Notes under the pieces: model-generated
What the model was told of the DNA's origin: nothing
Seen by the model: only the letters and a program-made list of their open reading frames with translations
Databases searched by the model: none
Shown here: positions 26,572 to 36,522 of the stretch, in pieces
Layout of the letters: the number at the start of each line of letters is the position of its first letter
Position numbering within the stretch: position 1 is the stretch's first letter
Position numbers and translations under genes: made by a program
Source: Anaerolineae bacterium
GTDB lineage: Bacteria; Chloroflexota; Anaerolineae; B4-G1; SLSP01
Length of the DNA stretch: 39,336 nucleotides
NCBI GenBank assembly: GCA_003562365.1
Contig: PWVB01000524.1
Span: forward strand, 1 to 39,336
Direction: 5' to 3'

Positions 26572-27411
26572 CTAGCATTTAAGCCGCTCGAAGATCTCAT
26601 ACAACGTCATCTCTCCAGTGTGGGCCTGCACTTTCTTAACACGGTGGCTGTAAACGGATCGCTCTGGGTCCTGATAGAAAATGCCCAGGTGCTGTGTAGT
26701 GGTATCCATGGCCAGTGCCATAGCAGCCAGCCGGTCGGATGGATCGTGATCTTCGGGTAGCGGGCCTGTGACCTGCCGATAGTGCTTGTAGGTATTGTAG
26801 TAGGTTACGCAGGGGCTCAATACCTGGATCAGGGCAAAGCCGGGGTGCTGAAGTGCTGCCATCAGCACGTCGGTCATCTCCTTGACCTTGCCGGAGAAGC
26901 AGCGAGCAACGAAGGAAGCATCATAGCTCAACGTCATCAGCAACGGATTGAGAGGGCGTTCCTGAGTGCCGTAAGGGGCTGCTCGCGTGACGATCCCTTG
27001 CGGACTGGTCGGGGAAGGCTGTCCCTTGGTCATACCGTAGATGCTGTTGTCCATCACGATATAGGTGATATCGACATTGCGGCGTGCAGCATGAGGTATG
27101 TGCCCTCCTCCGATGCTGAACCCATCTCCGTCACCACCCACGGCCAATACAGTTGTCTCCGGGCGACCCAGTTTAATGCCAGTTGCCAGCGGCAACGCTC
27201 GGCCGTGGAGGCCGTGAATGCCGTAGGTATTCAGAAAGGCCGGAAAACGACTTGAGCATCCGATGCCCGAGGCGATGGCTATGTTTTCCTTAGCGAGGTC
27301 CAAATGCTTAAAAGCCCGCATCAGGGCGGTGAGCACCGCGTAGTCGCCGCATCCCGGACACCAAATTGGTTTGACGGCGCTCTTATAGTCGGCGGTCGTT
27401 TGCTCAACCAC
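26572..27411 (-). CDS. korB: 2-oxoacid:ferredoxin oxidoreductase beta subunit
   Basis: WCPGCG, SGIGCS, TPP-binding GGDGD...DNSIYGMTKGQ and SPCVTY motifs. GTG 27411 after AAAGGTG is preferred over ATG 27444. Substrate specificity is unknown. Confidence 0.92.
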   Translation of the reverse strand: MVEQTTADYKSAVKPIWCPGCGDYAVLTALMRAFKHLDLAKENIAIASGIGCSSRFPAFLNTYGIHGLHGRALPLATGIKLGRPETTVLAVGGDGDGFSIGGGHIPHAARRNVDITYIVMDNSIYGMTKGQPSPTSPQGIVTRAAPYGTQERPLNPLLMTLSYDASFVARCFSGKVKEMTDVLMAALQHPGFALIQVLSPCVTYYNTYKHYRQVTGPLPEDHDPSDRLAAMALAMDTTTQHLGIFYQDPERSVYSHRVKKVQAHTGEMTLYEIFERLKC

Positions 27412-29266
27412 AACGGTCACCTTTCTTGGATTGGCGCTGTTCATCCCGGATTCTTAGGATGGTGTTGTAGATATTGGCTAGCTCTCCGTGCTCTTGACGC
27501 CAGAGCTCATGCTCCTCATCGACCATCGCCATTGTCGCATCGTAGATCTCGTGGATCTTGAACGGGACGCCCTGTTCCTTCTTACAGTGATAGATGTGGA
27601 TATTCAGCTCGTCCAGATCGCGATAGTACCGGTGCTCGATCATCCGCCCAAACTGCCCGGAGAAGTTGAGCTCCGGCACGAGAATGGCGCGCTTGGTGGA
27701 GATAAAATCGACGATGGCACGATCGGGCATCGGCAGGAGGGTGTGCGGGTAGATCGCTTCAATGGGGATGCCCTGGGCGTGGATCGCGTCCATCGCCTCA
27801 CGCACCGCGCCTCGTGTGCTGCCCCAGCCAATGATGCCAAAAGGTGCGCCTCGATCCCCCCAGCGACGGGATGTCATACGCCACTCGGACAGCATACGCC
27901 GCGCTGTCTCCACCTTGTTGGCTCGCTTTTGCATCATCCTCTGGTGGGTCTCTGGATTCTGATTCGGATATCCGTACTCGTTGTGCTCCAGGCTCTCTGC
28001 CAGGTACATCCCTCCGGGTATGCCGGGATGCGCCATTGGAGAGATTCCCTGTTCGCTGTAGGCGTAACGACGATAGTCGCTGGCCAGCTCCTCCGCCGAG
28101 GGAACCCATCTTTCCAGTGGGCCGTTCCACGGGGCACCTGGTAGAGGGGTTGTCTCCTGCCGGGAAGCCATAGCCTGATCAGAGAGCACGATCACCGGCA
28201 TCTGATAGTATTCCGCGAGGCTGAATGCGTAGATCATCTGAAAGTAACAGTCTTTGACGGAGTCGGGCGCGAGGACAAAACGGGGGGCATCGCCGTGCCC
28301 ACCGTACAGCGCCAAGAAGAGATCACCCTGGGAGGTTTTGGTCGGCAGGCCCGTCGAGGGACCAGCCCGCTGTACGTTGACTAAGACTAGCGGAATTTCA
28401 GCCATGCTGGCTAGCCCCAATCCCTCAATCATCAGAGAGAGTCCGGGTCCCGACGTAGCGGTCATCGCTCGCTGTCCGGCAAAAGCGGCGCCGATCGCCG
28501 AGTTGATCGCCGCAATCTCGTCTTCCACTTGGATGAGTGTCCCATCAAAGGCTGGGAGGTATCTGGCCAGTGATTCCATGATCGGTGTTGCCGGCGTGAT
28601 GGGATAGCCGGCATAGAACTGACAGCCCGCCGCTAGGGCACCCAGCGCCATCGCGTCGGCTCCTGATAATATGATGCGCTCCTCGGTCGCCTCCGTTGCC
28701 TGAAGCGTGAAGGGAAACGGTTCCGGGTAGGTCTCTCGTGCGTGGCGATAGCCACGATGCAGTGCGGCTAGGTTCTTCTCCAGAGATTCAACATGGCGTC
28801 GCATCCGCTGGCGCACCGTTTGCTCGGCAGCTTCTACCTCCAGGCGAAAGAACCAGAGCAACGCACCCAGAAAGATGAAGTTCTTGCCCCTCGGCCAGTC
28901 CAGGTCTTGGGCGATCTGCTCAGCCGTTATCGGGTATCGCTGATGTCCTTCCGCGGGCAATGCGAGATGGGCTTCATAGACCAAGGCCGCATTTCTGCAC
29001 AGATCCTCGTGTTCGTCAATCCAGGCCTGTTGGTTCATCGCCACCAGGACGTTGGCCTCATCACCCTCGGTCATCACCCGTTTGGTTCCCAGCCGCGTCT
29101 GATACATTACTTGTCCGCCCCTGATCTCGGCTGGATAGGTGCGAAAGCTGTAGATGTCGAGACCGGAATAGGCTGCAATGCGCGTGAAGAGGTCGCCTAG
29201 CGTGATGGTACCCTCTCCGCCCTCTCCTCCCACACGAACAACGACGGTCTTATTCGATGCACGCAT
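27404..29266 (-). CDS. korA: 2-oxoacid:ferredoxin oxidoreductase alpha subunit (gamma-alpha fusion)
   Basis: GGEGGEG, YPAEIRGG, YAGYPITPAT, EDEIAA, TATSGPGLSLM and QRAGPSTGLPT motifs. Confidence 0.93.
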   Translation of the reverse strand: MRASNKTVVVRVGGEGGEGTITLGDLFTRIAAYSGLDIYSFRTYPAEIRGGQVMYQTRLGTKRVMTEGDEANVLVAMNQQAWIDEHEDLCRNAALVYEAHLALPAEGHQRYPITAEQIAQDLDWPRGKNFIFLGALLWFFRLEVEAAEQTVRQRMRRHVESLEKNLAALHRGYRHARETYPEPFPFTLQATEATEERIILSGADAMALGALAAGCQFYAGYPITPATPIMESLARYLPAFDGTLIQVEDEIAAINSAIGAAFAGQRAMTATSGPGLSLMIEGLGLASMAEIPLVLVNVQRAGPSTGLPTKTSQGDLFLALYGGHGDAPRFVLAPDSVKDCYFQMIYAFSLAEYYQMPVIVLSDQAMASRQETTPLPGAPWNGPLERWVPSAEELASDYRRYAYSEQGISPMAHPGIPGGMYLAESLEHNEYGYPNQNPETHQRMMQKRANKVETARRMLSEWRMTSRRWGDRGAPFGIIGWGSTRGAVREAMDAIHAQGIPIEAIYPHTLLPMPDRAIVDFISTKRAILVPELNFSGQFGRMIEHRYYRDLDELNIHIYHCKKEQGVPFKIHEIYDATMAMVDEEHELWRQEHGELANIYNTILRIRDEQRQSKKGDRCG

Positions 29267-29287
29267 CGTGTATCTCCCGGAAACTGC

Positions 29288-29986
29288 TCAGTCCTGTGTG
29301 GCGGTCGCGCTGACGATGGCCGTGACCTCTCCCTCGCCCCAGGTCTCGACCTGCCCCTGTGGTCCAAGCGCCAGGGCCGTACCGTTGGGGACCCCCAACC
29401 CCAACAAGTTCTCTCCCAGCTGTGGTAGGGCCCGCAGAATGGGGGAGTCCTTCGCGCTCGTGAAATGGGGCGCGACGATGGCGTTCATCACGAATCCCAG
29501 GCCCATCGCTTGTTGATGTGGCGGTTGGGGGGTGAAAACCCAGCGGCCCAAGGCGGCAGCGCCGGCTCCTTCGCCGATTAGGGTTAGTCCTTGGAGGCTG
29601 CTGAATCCCTCGACCATGGCCTGAAAGGCCAGCGTATTGTGCAGATTGTGCACCAAGGGAAGGGGGTTCTCACCACCAAGGTAGAGGATTCCAGCCTCCT
29701 GCAGGAAGGTCAGGAACTCTGAGGCTTGCAGCTGGTCGCGGGTCATCTCCGCCAGTGTGAAAGCCATACCTCCCGGCCCGCCCATCGCAAAGTAATGCTC
29801 TAAGATGTCCTCAGCCAGCAACCGAGGTCCCTCTGCCAGCAGCACCATCATCGGGCGATCGAGGTTGGCCAGAGTCAGGAGCCGCGCGTCGACCTGGTCA
29901 GTCTCACCCTTACGCCAATCGCCACCACCAAGCATCACCAACCAGCCTTCGCCGTCCAGCCAGCGCAACGGACCCTGTTGGGGCAT
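29288..29986 (-). CDS. Peptidase S51/cyanophycinase-like class I GATase-fold protein, apparently lacking the catalytic Ser
   Basis: GWLVMLGGG, ILYLGGENP, IGEGAGAAALG (where GxSAGA is expected), VAPHF and LGVPNGTAL motifs. Confidence 0.7.
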   Translation of the reverse strand: MPQQGPLRWLDGEGWLVMLGGGDWRKGETDQVDARLLTLANLDRPMMVLLAEGPRLLAEDILEHYFAMGGPGGMAFTLAEMTRDQLQASEFLTFLQEAGILYLGGENPLPLVHNLHNTLAFQAMVEGFSSLQGLTLIGEGAGAAALGRWVFTPQPPHQQAMGLGFVMNAIVAPHFTSAKDSPILRALPQLGENLLGLGVPNGTALALGPQGQVETWGEGEVTAIVSATATQD

Positions 29987-29991
29987 CGATA

Positions 29992-31194
29992 CTACGTTCC
30001 TTCCAAGGGGGAACAATCTGGCGATCTGCCTTGATCTGGCATCAATCGCCTGAAGGCTTCGACCATAACGGCGACGCCGTTAGTCATTGCGCGTTCATCA
30101 ATATCGAACGTCGCGCTGTGGTGAGGGCGATCCTCATAGTCGTCGGGCCCTGAGGCCACAAATAGGTAGCATCCCGGGATCTCCTGTAGGAAGAAGGCTG
30201 CGTCCTCACTGCCCATAGTCCGAACCTCCTCCAAAGCGTCCTGCCCCAGGAGATCAACTACCACGTCTCGGACGAGCGCCGTGACCGACGGGTCGTTGGT
30301 CAGCGCCGGTGTCATTGGGAGTAGCTCGATCTTCGCGGCCCCTCCCATCATCTGTACTGTACCATGGATGACTGCCTCCAGCCGGCGCAGGACCCGGTCG
30401 CGCACCTCCGGCTTGTACGTGCGCACCGTGCCGCGCAACTCGACGAACTCGGGGATGACGTTGAAGGCATCACCACCACGGACTGAACCGACGCTGATCA
30501 CTGCAGTGTCCAAGGCGCTGACATTACGACTCACAATGGTCTGCAGATTTGAGATGGTCAGCGCCGCTGTCACGATAGGATCCATTGTCTTCTCCGGCAT
30601 TGCGCCGTGGCCGCCCTTGCCCTTGATCACGGCTTTCCACGCTTCGGCAGCTGCCATCACTGGGCCTGGTGAGGCTGCCACTGCGCCGAAGGGCAGATGG
30701 TTCCAGATGTGGAGTGCCAGAAAGGCATCAGGCCGCGGATTCTCCAGCACCCCTTCTCTAACCATCAGTTCAGCTCCGTTTTGGCCTTCCTCGCCGGGTT
30801 GGAAAACCAGCTTGAGGGTACCGCGCCACAACTCACGGCGCTCGGCCATCAGTGTGGCGATCCCCAGCCCTATCGCGGTGTGGGCATCGTGCCCGCAGGC
30901 GTGCATACGATCGGAGAGCCTCGATGCGTAGGGGACGATGTTCTCCTCCTGAATGGGCAGCGCGTCCATATCGACACGACCCATCACCACGGGACCCTCA
31001 CCGTTCTTCAGCAGGCCGACGACGCCGTTCTTTGCGACACCCTCCTCGACCTCGTAGTTCAGACTCCGAAGGGTCTTGGCGACGATGCCAGCTGTTCGTT
31101 CGGTGTCCAGACCGAGCTCGGGGTGCATGTGGAAATCGCGGCGCCAAGCGATTAACTGCTCGTGGATGCGCTGTGCCTCATCTAACGCTGCCAT
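29992..31194 (-). CDS. M20D amidohydrolase
   Basis: RRDFHMHPELG, RVDMDALP, MHACGHDAH, FQPGEEG, GKGGHGA, SEDAAFF and HHS motifs; SD GGAGGAG. Confidence 0.95.
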   Translation of the reverse strand: MAALDEAQRIHEQLIAWRRDFHMHPELGLDTERTAGIVAKTLRSLNYEVEEGVAKNGVVGLLKNGEGPVVMGRVDMDALPIQEENIVPYASRLSDRMHACGHDAHTAIGLGIATLMAERRELWRGTLKLVFQPGEEGQNGAELMVREGVLENPRPDAFLALHIWNHLPFGAVAASPGPVMAAAEAWKAVIKGKGGHGAMPEKTMDPIVTAALTISNLQTIVSRNVSALDTAVISVGSVRGGDAFNVIPEFVELRGTVRTYKPEVRDRVLRRLEAVIHGTVQMMGGAAKIELLPMTPALTNDPSVTALVRDVVVDLLGQDALEEVRTMGSEDAAFFLQEIPGCYLFVASGPDDYEDRPHHSATFDIDERAMTNGVAVMVEAFRRLMPDQGRSPDCSPLEGT

Positions 31195-31390
31195 ATCTTC
31201 TCCTCCAGGTTGGCACTGCCTAAGTTTATCTGGGCCCGCGAGCTCCTGCAAGTACGGATTGCACCTTTCGAGCACGAACATCCTCCTCAGGGGCAAATGC
31301 CTGAGGAGGATATCACCGGGATCGACGCGGGACCTGCAAGCGGTTGTGGTGCCTGCACATTCACGAAGGTTGACTCTTGTATGCGGCGCT

Positions 31391-32896
31391 TTAGAGTTCG
31401 TAGAGCGCTGTGTATTTCTCCCGCAGATAAGTCAACAGGGGTTGCGCTGTAACCGGTTCCCCGAACTCGCGCGCCATCAGCTCTGGTGCGGTGAACTTGC
31501 GCCCGTATCCGTGAATGCGTTTGCGGAGCCAATCCAGTAGTGGCCCGAACTCGGCTTGGCTGAGCTGCTGCTCAAGATCGGGGAGCTCCTGTTGAGCCTG
31601 GTAGTAGATCTGAGCCGACATCAGGTTGCCTAGGGTGTAAGTAGGGAAGTAGCCGATGGTGCCGTGTGACCAGTGGATGTCTTGCAGACAGCCCAGTGCG
31701 TCATTGGGCGGGGTGACGCCCAAGTATGCCTCGTACTTTGCATTCCAGGCGTCTGGCGTATCGGCCACTTTGAGATCGCCGGTGATCAGCGCCTGCTCCA
31801 GCTCGAAACGCACGAAGATGTGGAGATTGTAGGTGACCTCGTCGGCCTCAACGCGGATCAGGGTCGGCTCCACCTTGTTGATGGCCCGATAAAAGGTGGG
31901 TAGGTTGACCCCGTCCAGTTGCTCGGGGAAGAAGGCACGCAGGATCGGGTAGTAGTAACGCCAGAAGGGCAGGCTTCGGGCCACCTGATTTTCCCACAGG
32001 CGTGACTGCGACTCGTGGAGTCCCAGCGTTGCACCGCCGGCTAGGCTGGTGCGCTCATAACGATCAGGGCTTCCCAGCTCGTAAAGGGCGTGACCGCCCT
32101 CATGGACGCTGCCGAATATCGCCGATTGGGGGTGCTTCTCGTGAAGGCGGGTGGTCACGCGAACATCGGCGTTTCCAAACTCGATGGTGAAGGGATGGGG
32201 AGCTTTGTCTTGTCGCCCACGCGAGAAGTCGTAGCCCAAATCGCGCAATAGCAGCATCGTGAAGTCCCACTGGCGCTGAAGATCGTAAGACTGTTCCGTC
32301 AGGAAGCAGTCGTCGATCTCGGGCTTGGTCAGGATTTCCTGGACCAACGGGACCAGGCCAGCCTTTAGGTCGTCGAAGAGGGCTTTGACCTTCGCCGTGG
32401 TCATATCCGGCTCGAATTGATCCAGCAGTGCGTCGTAAGGATGGTCTGTATAGCCCAGATGATCGGCTTTCTCGATCTGAATCTCGACGATCTCCTGTAA
32501 GTGCGGCTCGAACAGCGAGAAGTCGTCGGTCTCCCGCGCTTTTCTCCAGGCGACGAAAGCCGCCGATGTCGCTTTGCTCTCCCGCATAACCAGCTCCGTC
32601 GGGATTTTGGTCTGCTTATCGAAGCGGCGGCGCGTGACACGCGCCTGGCTGGCTGCGTCGCTATCGTAGTCGAGGTCAGCCACCTCCGCTTCAGCAGCTT
32701 CAAGCGCTTGCGCTGTCTCCTCCGAGGTGAAAAGCTCGTGTGCCATAGCGCTGAGCGTGGCTAGTTGATTTGACCGGGGGCCAACACCCTTGTCGGGCAT
32801 ATTGACCTCCTGATCCCAGGCCAGCACAGCCGCCGCCTGCTGTAGATCGTAGAACCTCTCCAGGTGTGACTTCAGTGCTTCGAGTTTCTCTCCCAT
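31391..32896 (-). CDS. Carboxypeptidase M32 (Taq-like)
   Basis: HPF, DVRVTT, HEGGH, HESQSR, IRVEADE and GYFPTY motifs. Confidence 0.97.
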   Translation of the reverse strand: MGEKLEALKSHLERFYDLQQAAAVLAWDQEVNMPDKGVGPRSNQLATLSAMAHELFTSEETAQALEAAEAEVADLDYDSDAASQARVTRRRFDKQTKIPTELVMRESKATSAAFVAWRKARETDDFSLFEPHLQEIVEIQIEKADHLGYTDHPYDALLDQFEPDMTTAKVKALFDDLKAGLVPLVQEILTKPEIDDCFLTEQSYDLQRQWDFTMLLLRDLGYDFSRGRQDKAPHPFTIEFGNADVRVTTRLHEKHPQSAIFGSVHEGGHALYELGSPDRYERTSLAGGATLGLHESQSRLWENQVARSLPFWRYYYPILRAFFPEQLDGVNLPTFYRAINKVEPTLIRVEADEVTYNLHIFVRFELEQALITGDLKVADTPDAWNAKYEAYLGVTPPNDALGCLQDIHWSHGTIGYFPTYTLGNLMSAQIYYQAQQELPDLEQQLSQAEFGPLLDWLRKRIHGYGRKFTAPELMAREFGEPVTAQPLLTYLREKYTALYEL

Positions 32897-33053
32897 TGTT
32901 TCCCTTTCTACTGAGTTGAACGCCCGTGCTGCGCGATCTGGCTGAGCTGCGTGCTTGATATCTCCAACACCCTATTATAGCTGAAGACGACAATCTGAGA
33001 CATGAAAGAGCCGTGCGTTGCTTTCGCACGGCTCGATGCTACTGTTGGCGCGC

Positions 33054-36000
33054 TCAGTTGGGGTCGCCCATGCGTCGCACCGCGAGGGTAACGGCGAAGC
33101 CGTCGATTTTGTCCTTCAGGACCCTATCCCCGGAGGGGTGGGCCACCTCCACCAGGGTGTCGGCCAGCACTTCGTCGGCTATGGCCTCCCGGTGAGCGTC
33201 GATTGCCGCATCCAACTCGCCGACGGCTCGATACTCGACCCTGATGCGGTCGGTCAGATCGTAGTCAGCCTGTTTCCGCAGCTCCTGGATGCGGCGCACG
33301 ACCTCGCGGGCCATTCCCTCCTGTGCCAGTTCAGGCGTGATGGTCGTGTCCAGAGCGATGACCAGCCCCCCTTCGCCAGCCACTCCGAATCCTTCACGGG
33401 CACGGCTCTGAACCAAAACTTCTTCCGGTGCTAGACTGACCTCCGTGCCATCGTCCAATGTAAGTTCTAGCTCCTTGCCGGCTTCCAGCCTGGCCACGGC
33501 TGGGGCGGCATCCAACTCAGACAGCGCTTTTCGTACCAGGGGGAAACGTGCACCGTACTTTGGCCCCAGGGTGCGGTTGACCGGAAGCAGGCGGTAGGAG
33601 ACCAGTTCGTCTTCTTTCTCAACAAAGGTCACGTCCCGCACGTTTAACTCGTCGGCCAACAGATCCAGAAGCTGATCCAATCTCTTCCTGCGACGTGGAT
33701 CAGCTGCAATCAGGGCTTCCGCCAAGGGTTGCCGCACCTTCAGGTTGTTGGAGGAGCGGATTGAGTGTCCCAGTGTAGCTGCCTGGCGGACAGCATCCAT
33801 CGCGGTGCTCAGCGACCACTCCTCGTCGGTGAGTGGCTCTGCCGTAGGCCACATACAGTGGTGGATACTGTCGGGTGCCGTCTCGTCACTGTTGCCAACG
33901 AGATTGGCATACATTGCCTCGGTCACAAAGGGCAGGACCGGCGCCAGGAGCTTAGCGAAAGTCACGAGCACAGTGTACAAGGTTTGATAGGCTGCGGCTT
34001 TGCCGGCGTCGGAGGTGGGGCTCTCCCCCCGCGCTGCCCAGAAACGGCGGCGACTTCGCCGAATGTACCAGTTGCTCAGGTCATCCAGGAATGCCTCGGC
34101 GGGCTGTGCGACCCGGATTGGTACATAGGCCTCGTAGCCGTCTGTTATGGCCGTCACCGTCTCACGTAAGCGCCCGATGATCCAGTGATCCAGCACCGTT
34201 GGTTCGACCTCCGCGGTCCAAGGCTCGTGGAGGTGGGGCTGTCCTTCTGCTAGGCGTGCGGGATTGTCCATCAACTCCGCAGGCGGTTTCCAGTCGTCGA
34301 TGCCGGCATAGGTGATGAAGAAAGCGTAGACATTCCAGAGCGGAATGATGAATCGTCGACGCGTTTCGTCGGCCAGGTTGTAGCCAAAGGGCAGGTTCTG
34401 ATCCAGCCTTTGATTCATAAAGAGCCAGCGCATCGTGTCGACACCCATATCCTCAGCCGCATCGTCGAACCAGATGGCGTTGCCCCACGACTTGTGCATT
34501 GGCCGGCCATCCTCTGCATATAGGGTGGCGTAACCGTGGACAACTTTGCTCGGAGGCCGATTTTCAAAGACTGTGCTCATCGTGATCAGGCTGTAGAACC
34601 AGTTGCGGAACTGCCCCGGGAACGACTCGCTGATCCACTCCGCCGGGAACCAACGCTCCCAGAACTCACGGTCGGTCCGATACCGCAGCGTTGAGTAGGC
34701 AACGCTCCCGGCGTCTAGCCAGGGATTGCCGACGTCTGGAATGCGCGACATCTTTCCCTCGCAGTGCGGACACGCCAGCTTAACAGCATCCACGTAGGGA
34801 CGGTGAGGGGTGTGCCCCTCGAAGACCTCCCAGCCCTCAACGGCGCGCGCTCGAAGCTCCTCCCTGTCGCCCAGCACCTCAAAATGCTCGCATCCCGCTG
34901 TCTCACAGACCCAGATGGGCAGCGCCAACCCCCAGTAACGCTTCTTCGAGATCATCCAGTCCTGCATGTTGCGCAGCCAGTCCATCTCACGAGCATAACC
35001 GAACTCCGGAATCCAGCGGATCTCATCGGCGACATCCATAATCTGGTAGCGCAGGCTAGCGGCTTTTTCGGCTTCGGTGACTGCCTCCCGGGGTTTGTCG
35101 TAGAGCTGGCCCATGTTGATGAACCATTCGTCCACCAGGCGGAACACCAGGGAAGTGTCGCAGCGCCAGCAGACAGGATAGCGATGCGTATAGGCGTCTA
35201 CACGATAGAGGCGATCTTTCTTCTGGAGGTCGTGAAAGATGTCGTGGCTCACCTCGTGGACATCCCGACCGGTCAACCATCCGAATCCCTCTCGAAAGCT
35301 GCCGTTCTCCTGCAATGGCGCTAGGGTAGGTAGATCGAACGTCTCACCCAACTCGAAATCCTCGGCACCGCAGCCGGGTGCAATATGGACGATGCCGGTG
35401 CCTTCCTCCTCGCCGACCTCATCCCACGGGATCACGCGGTGGTGAGTCGGGCTCTCCAGTTCCTGTGCTGCGGGCAGCTCGTCAAAGGGGCCGACGTAGG
35501 TCCAGCCCACCAAAGCCGCGCCCTTGAGGCGCGCCAGGATCTCGCAGTGACCCTTGATGGTCTGCTCCAGGGCTCCTTCGGCAAGATAGTAGATCCAGCC
35601 GTCCTCTGCCCGGACCTTCACATAGGAGAGTTCCGGCCCTACGGCGGCGGCGACATTGCTGGTGAGCGTCCAGGGTGTGGTGGTCCAGACCAGCAGGGCC
35701 TCTCGGTTGCGTCCTTTCAACGGGAAGCGCACCACAGGTGCGTCGTGAGTCAGATCCCGGTATCCATCGGTGACAATCTCGTGCTGGCTGATTCCGGTCT
35801 CACAGCGCGGACACCATGGCATGACGTCGTGGCCCTTATAAAGCCAGCCCTTTTCCCAGACTCGCTTCAGGAAGGTCCAGATCGTGTAGTTGTTCTCTGT
35901 GGCAAAGGTGAAATAGGACCCTCCCAACTCCGGCATACCCAGGCGGCCCACGATCTCCTCTACCGTCCCCGTCACAGGGCCGTGGAGACCCTCGATTGTA

Positions 36001-36497
36001 ATCTCCTGCTGTGGGTCCTCCAAAAGCTTAGCCGCGAGATCGCGGAGGACGTTGGGGTCGTTCCAGTCCATCCAGTAACCCAGGCGGATTGACTGTTCCG
36101 TTTGCTTGGCGGCCTGGCGCAGCACTCTGGCCTTGCATTCTAACACAAAGGGTGCCAGACCATAGGCCTCGATGTCGTGCTTTGAGGCGAAGCCCTTGGC
36201 CTTCTCTACCCCGACCTCAACCCAGAGCCCTTGGCAGTCGAATCCGTTCTGGTAGCGCTCCTGGTAGCCTTGCATTGCCCAGAAGCGTTGCCAGAGATCC
36301 TTATAGGTGCGTCCCCAGCCGTGGTGAACACCCATTGGGTTGTTCGCTGTGATCGGGCCGTCGATGAAAGACCATCGCGGCGCTCCTTGGCGCAGTTCGT
36401 TAAGCCTGCGAAAGGCCTTGTTACGATGCCAGAAATCTAGGATCCTGTGTTCCAGTTCTACGAAGTCGACCTGGTTGCTGACCGGCTCAAAAGCCAT
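33054..36497 (-). CDS. ileS: Isoleucine-tRNA ligase, type 2, with GVHH and PMHKS signatures
   Basis: DGPITANNPMGVHH, WTTTPWTL, GTGIVHIAPG, DWMISKKRYWG, PMHKSWGN and LSNWYIRRSRRRFW motifs; SD GGAGG/AAGGA before ATG 36497; Ile T-box upstream. Confidence 0.96.
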   Translation of the reverse strand: MAFEPVSNQVDFVELEHRILDFWHRNKAFRRLNELRQGAPRWSFIDGPITANNPMGVHHGWGRTYKDLWQRFWAMQGYQERYQNGFDCQGLWVEVGVEKAKGFASKHDIEAYGLAPFVLECKARVLRQAAKQTEQSIRLGYWMDWNDPNVLRDLAAKLLEDPQQEITIEGLHGPVTGTVEEIVGRLGMPELGGSYFTFATENNYTIWTFLKRVWEKGWLYKGHDVMPWCPRCETGISQHEIVTDGYRDLTHDAPVVRFPLKGRNREALLVWTTTPWTLTSNVAAAVGPELSYVKVRAEDGWIYYLAEGALEQTIKGHCEILARLKGAALVGWTYVGPFDELPAAQELESPTHHRVIPWDEVGEEEGTGIVHIAPGCGAEDFELGETFDLPTLAPLQENGSFREGFGWLTGRDVHEVSHDIFHDLQKKDRLYRVDAYTHRYPVCWRCDTSLVFRLVDEWFINMGQLYDKPREAVTEAEKAASLRYQIMDVADEIRWIPEFGYAREMDWLRNMQDWMISKKRYWGLALPIWVCETAGCEHFEVLGDREELRARAVEGWEVFEGHTPHRPYVDAVKLACPHCEGKMSRIPDVGNPWLDAGSVAYSTLRYRTDREFWERWFPAEWISESFPGQFRNWFYSLITMSTVFENRPPSKVVHGYATLYAEDGRPMHKSWGNAIWFDDAAEDMGVDTMRWLFMNQRLDQNLPFGYNLADETRRRFIIPLWNVYAFFITYAGIDDWKPPAELMDNPARLAEGQPHLHEPWTAEVEPTVLDHWIIGRLRETVTAITDGYEAYVPIRVAQPAEAFLDDLSNWYIRRSRRRFWAARGESPTSDAGKAAAYQTLYTVLVTFAKLLAPVLPFVTEAMYANLVGNSDETAPDSIHHCMWPTAEPLTDEEWSLSTAMDAVRQAATLGHSIRSSNNLKVRQPLAEALIAADPRRRKRLDQLLDLLADELNVRDVTFVEKEDELVSYRLLPVNRTLGPKYGARFPLVRKALSELDAAPAVARLEAGKELELTLDDGTEVSLAPEEVLVQSRAREGFGVAGEGGLVIALDTTITPELAQEGMAREVVRRIQELRKQADYDLTDRIRVEYRAVGELDAAIDAHREAIADEVLADTLVEVAHPSGDRVLKDKIDGFAVTLAVRRMGDPN

Positions 36498-36522
36498 TCC
36501 TTTTCCTCCCACATGTGTCCCC

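Noticed and set aside
27404-27444. 41-nt korA/korB overlap suggesting a frameshift
   Set aside because: An SD-supported GTG at 27411 gives an ordinary 8-nt overlap, and both proteins look complete.
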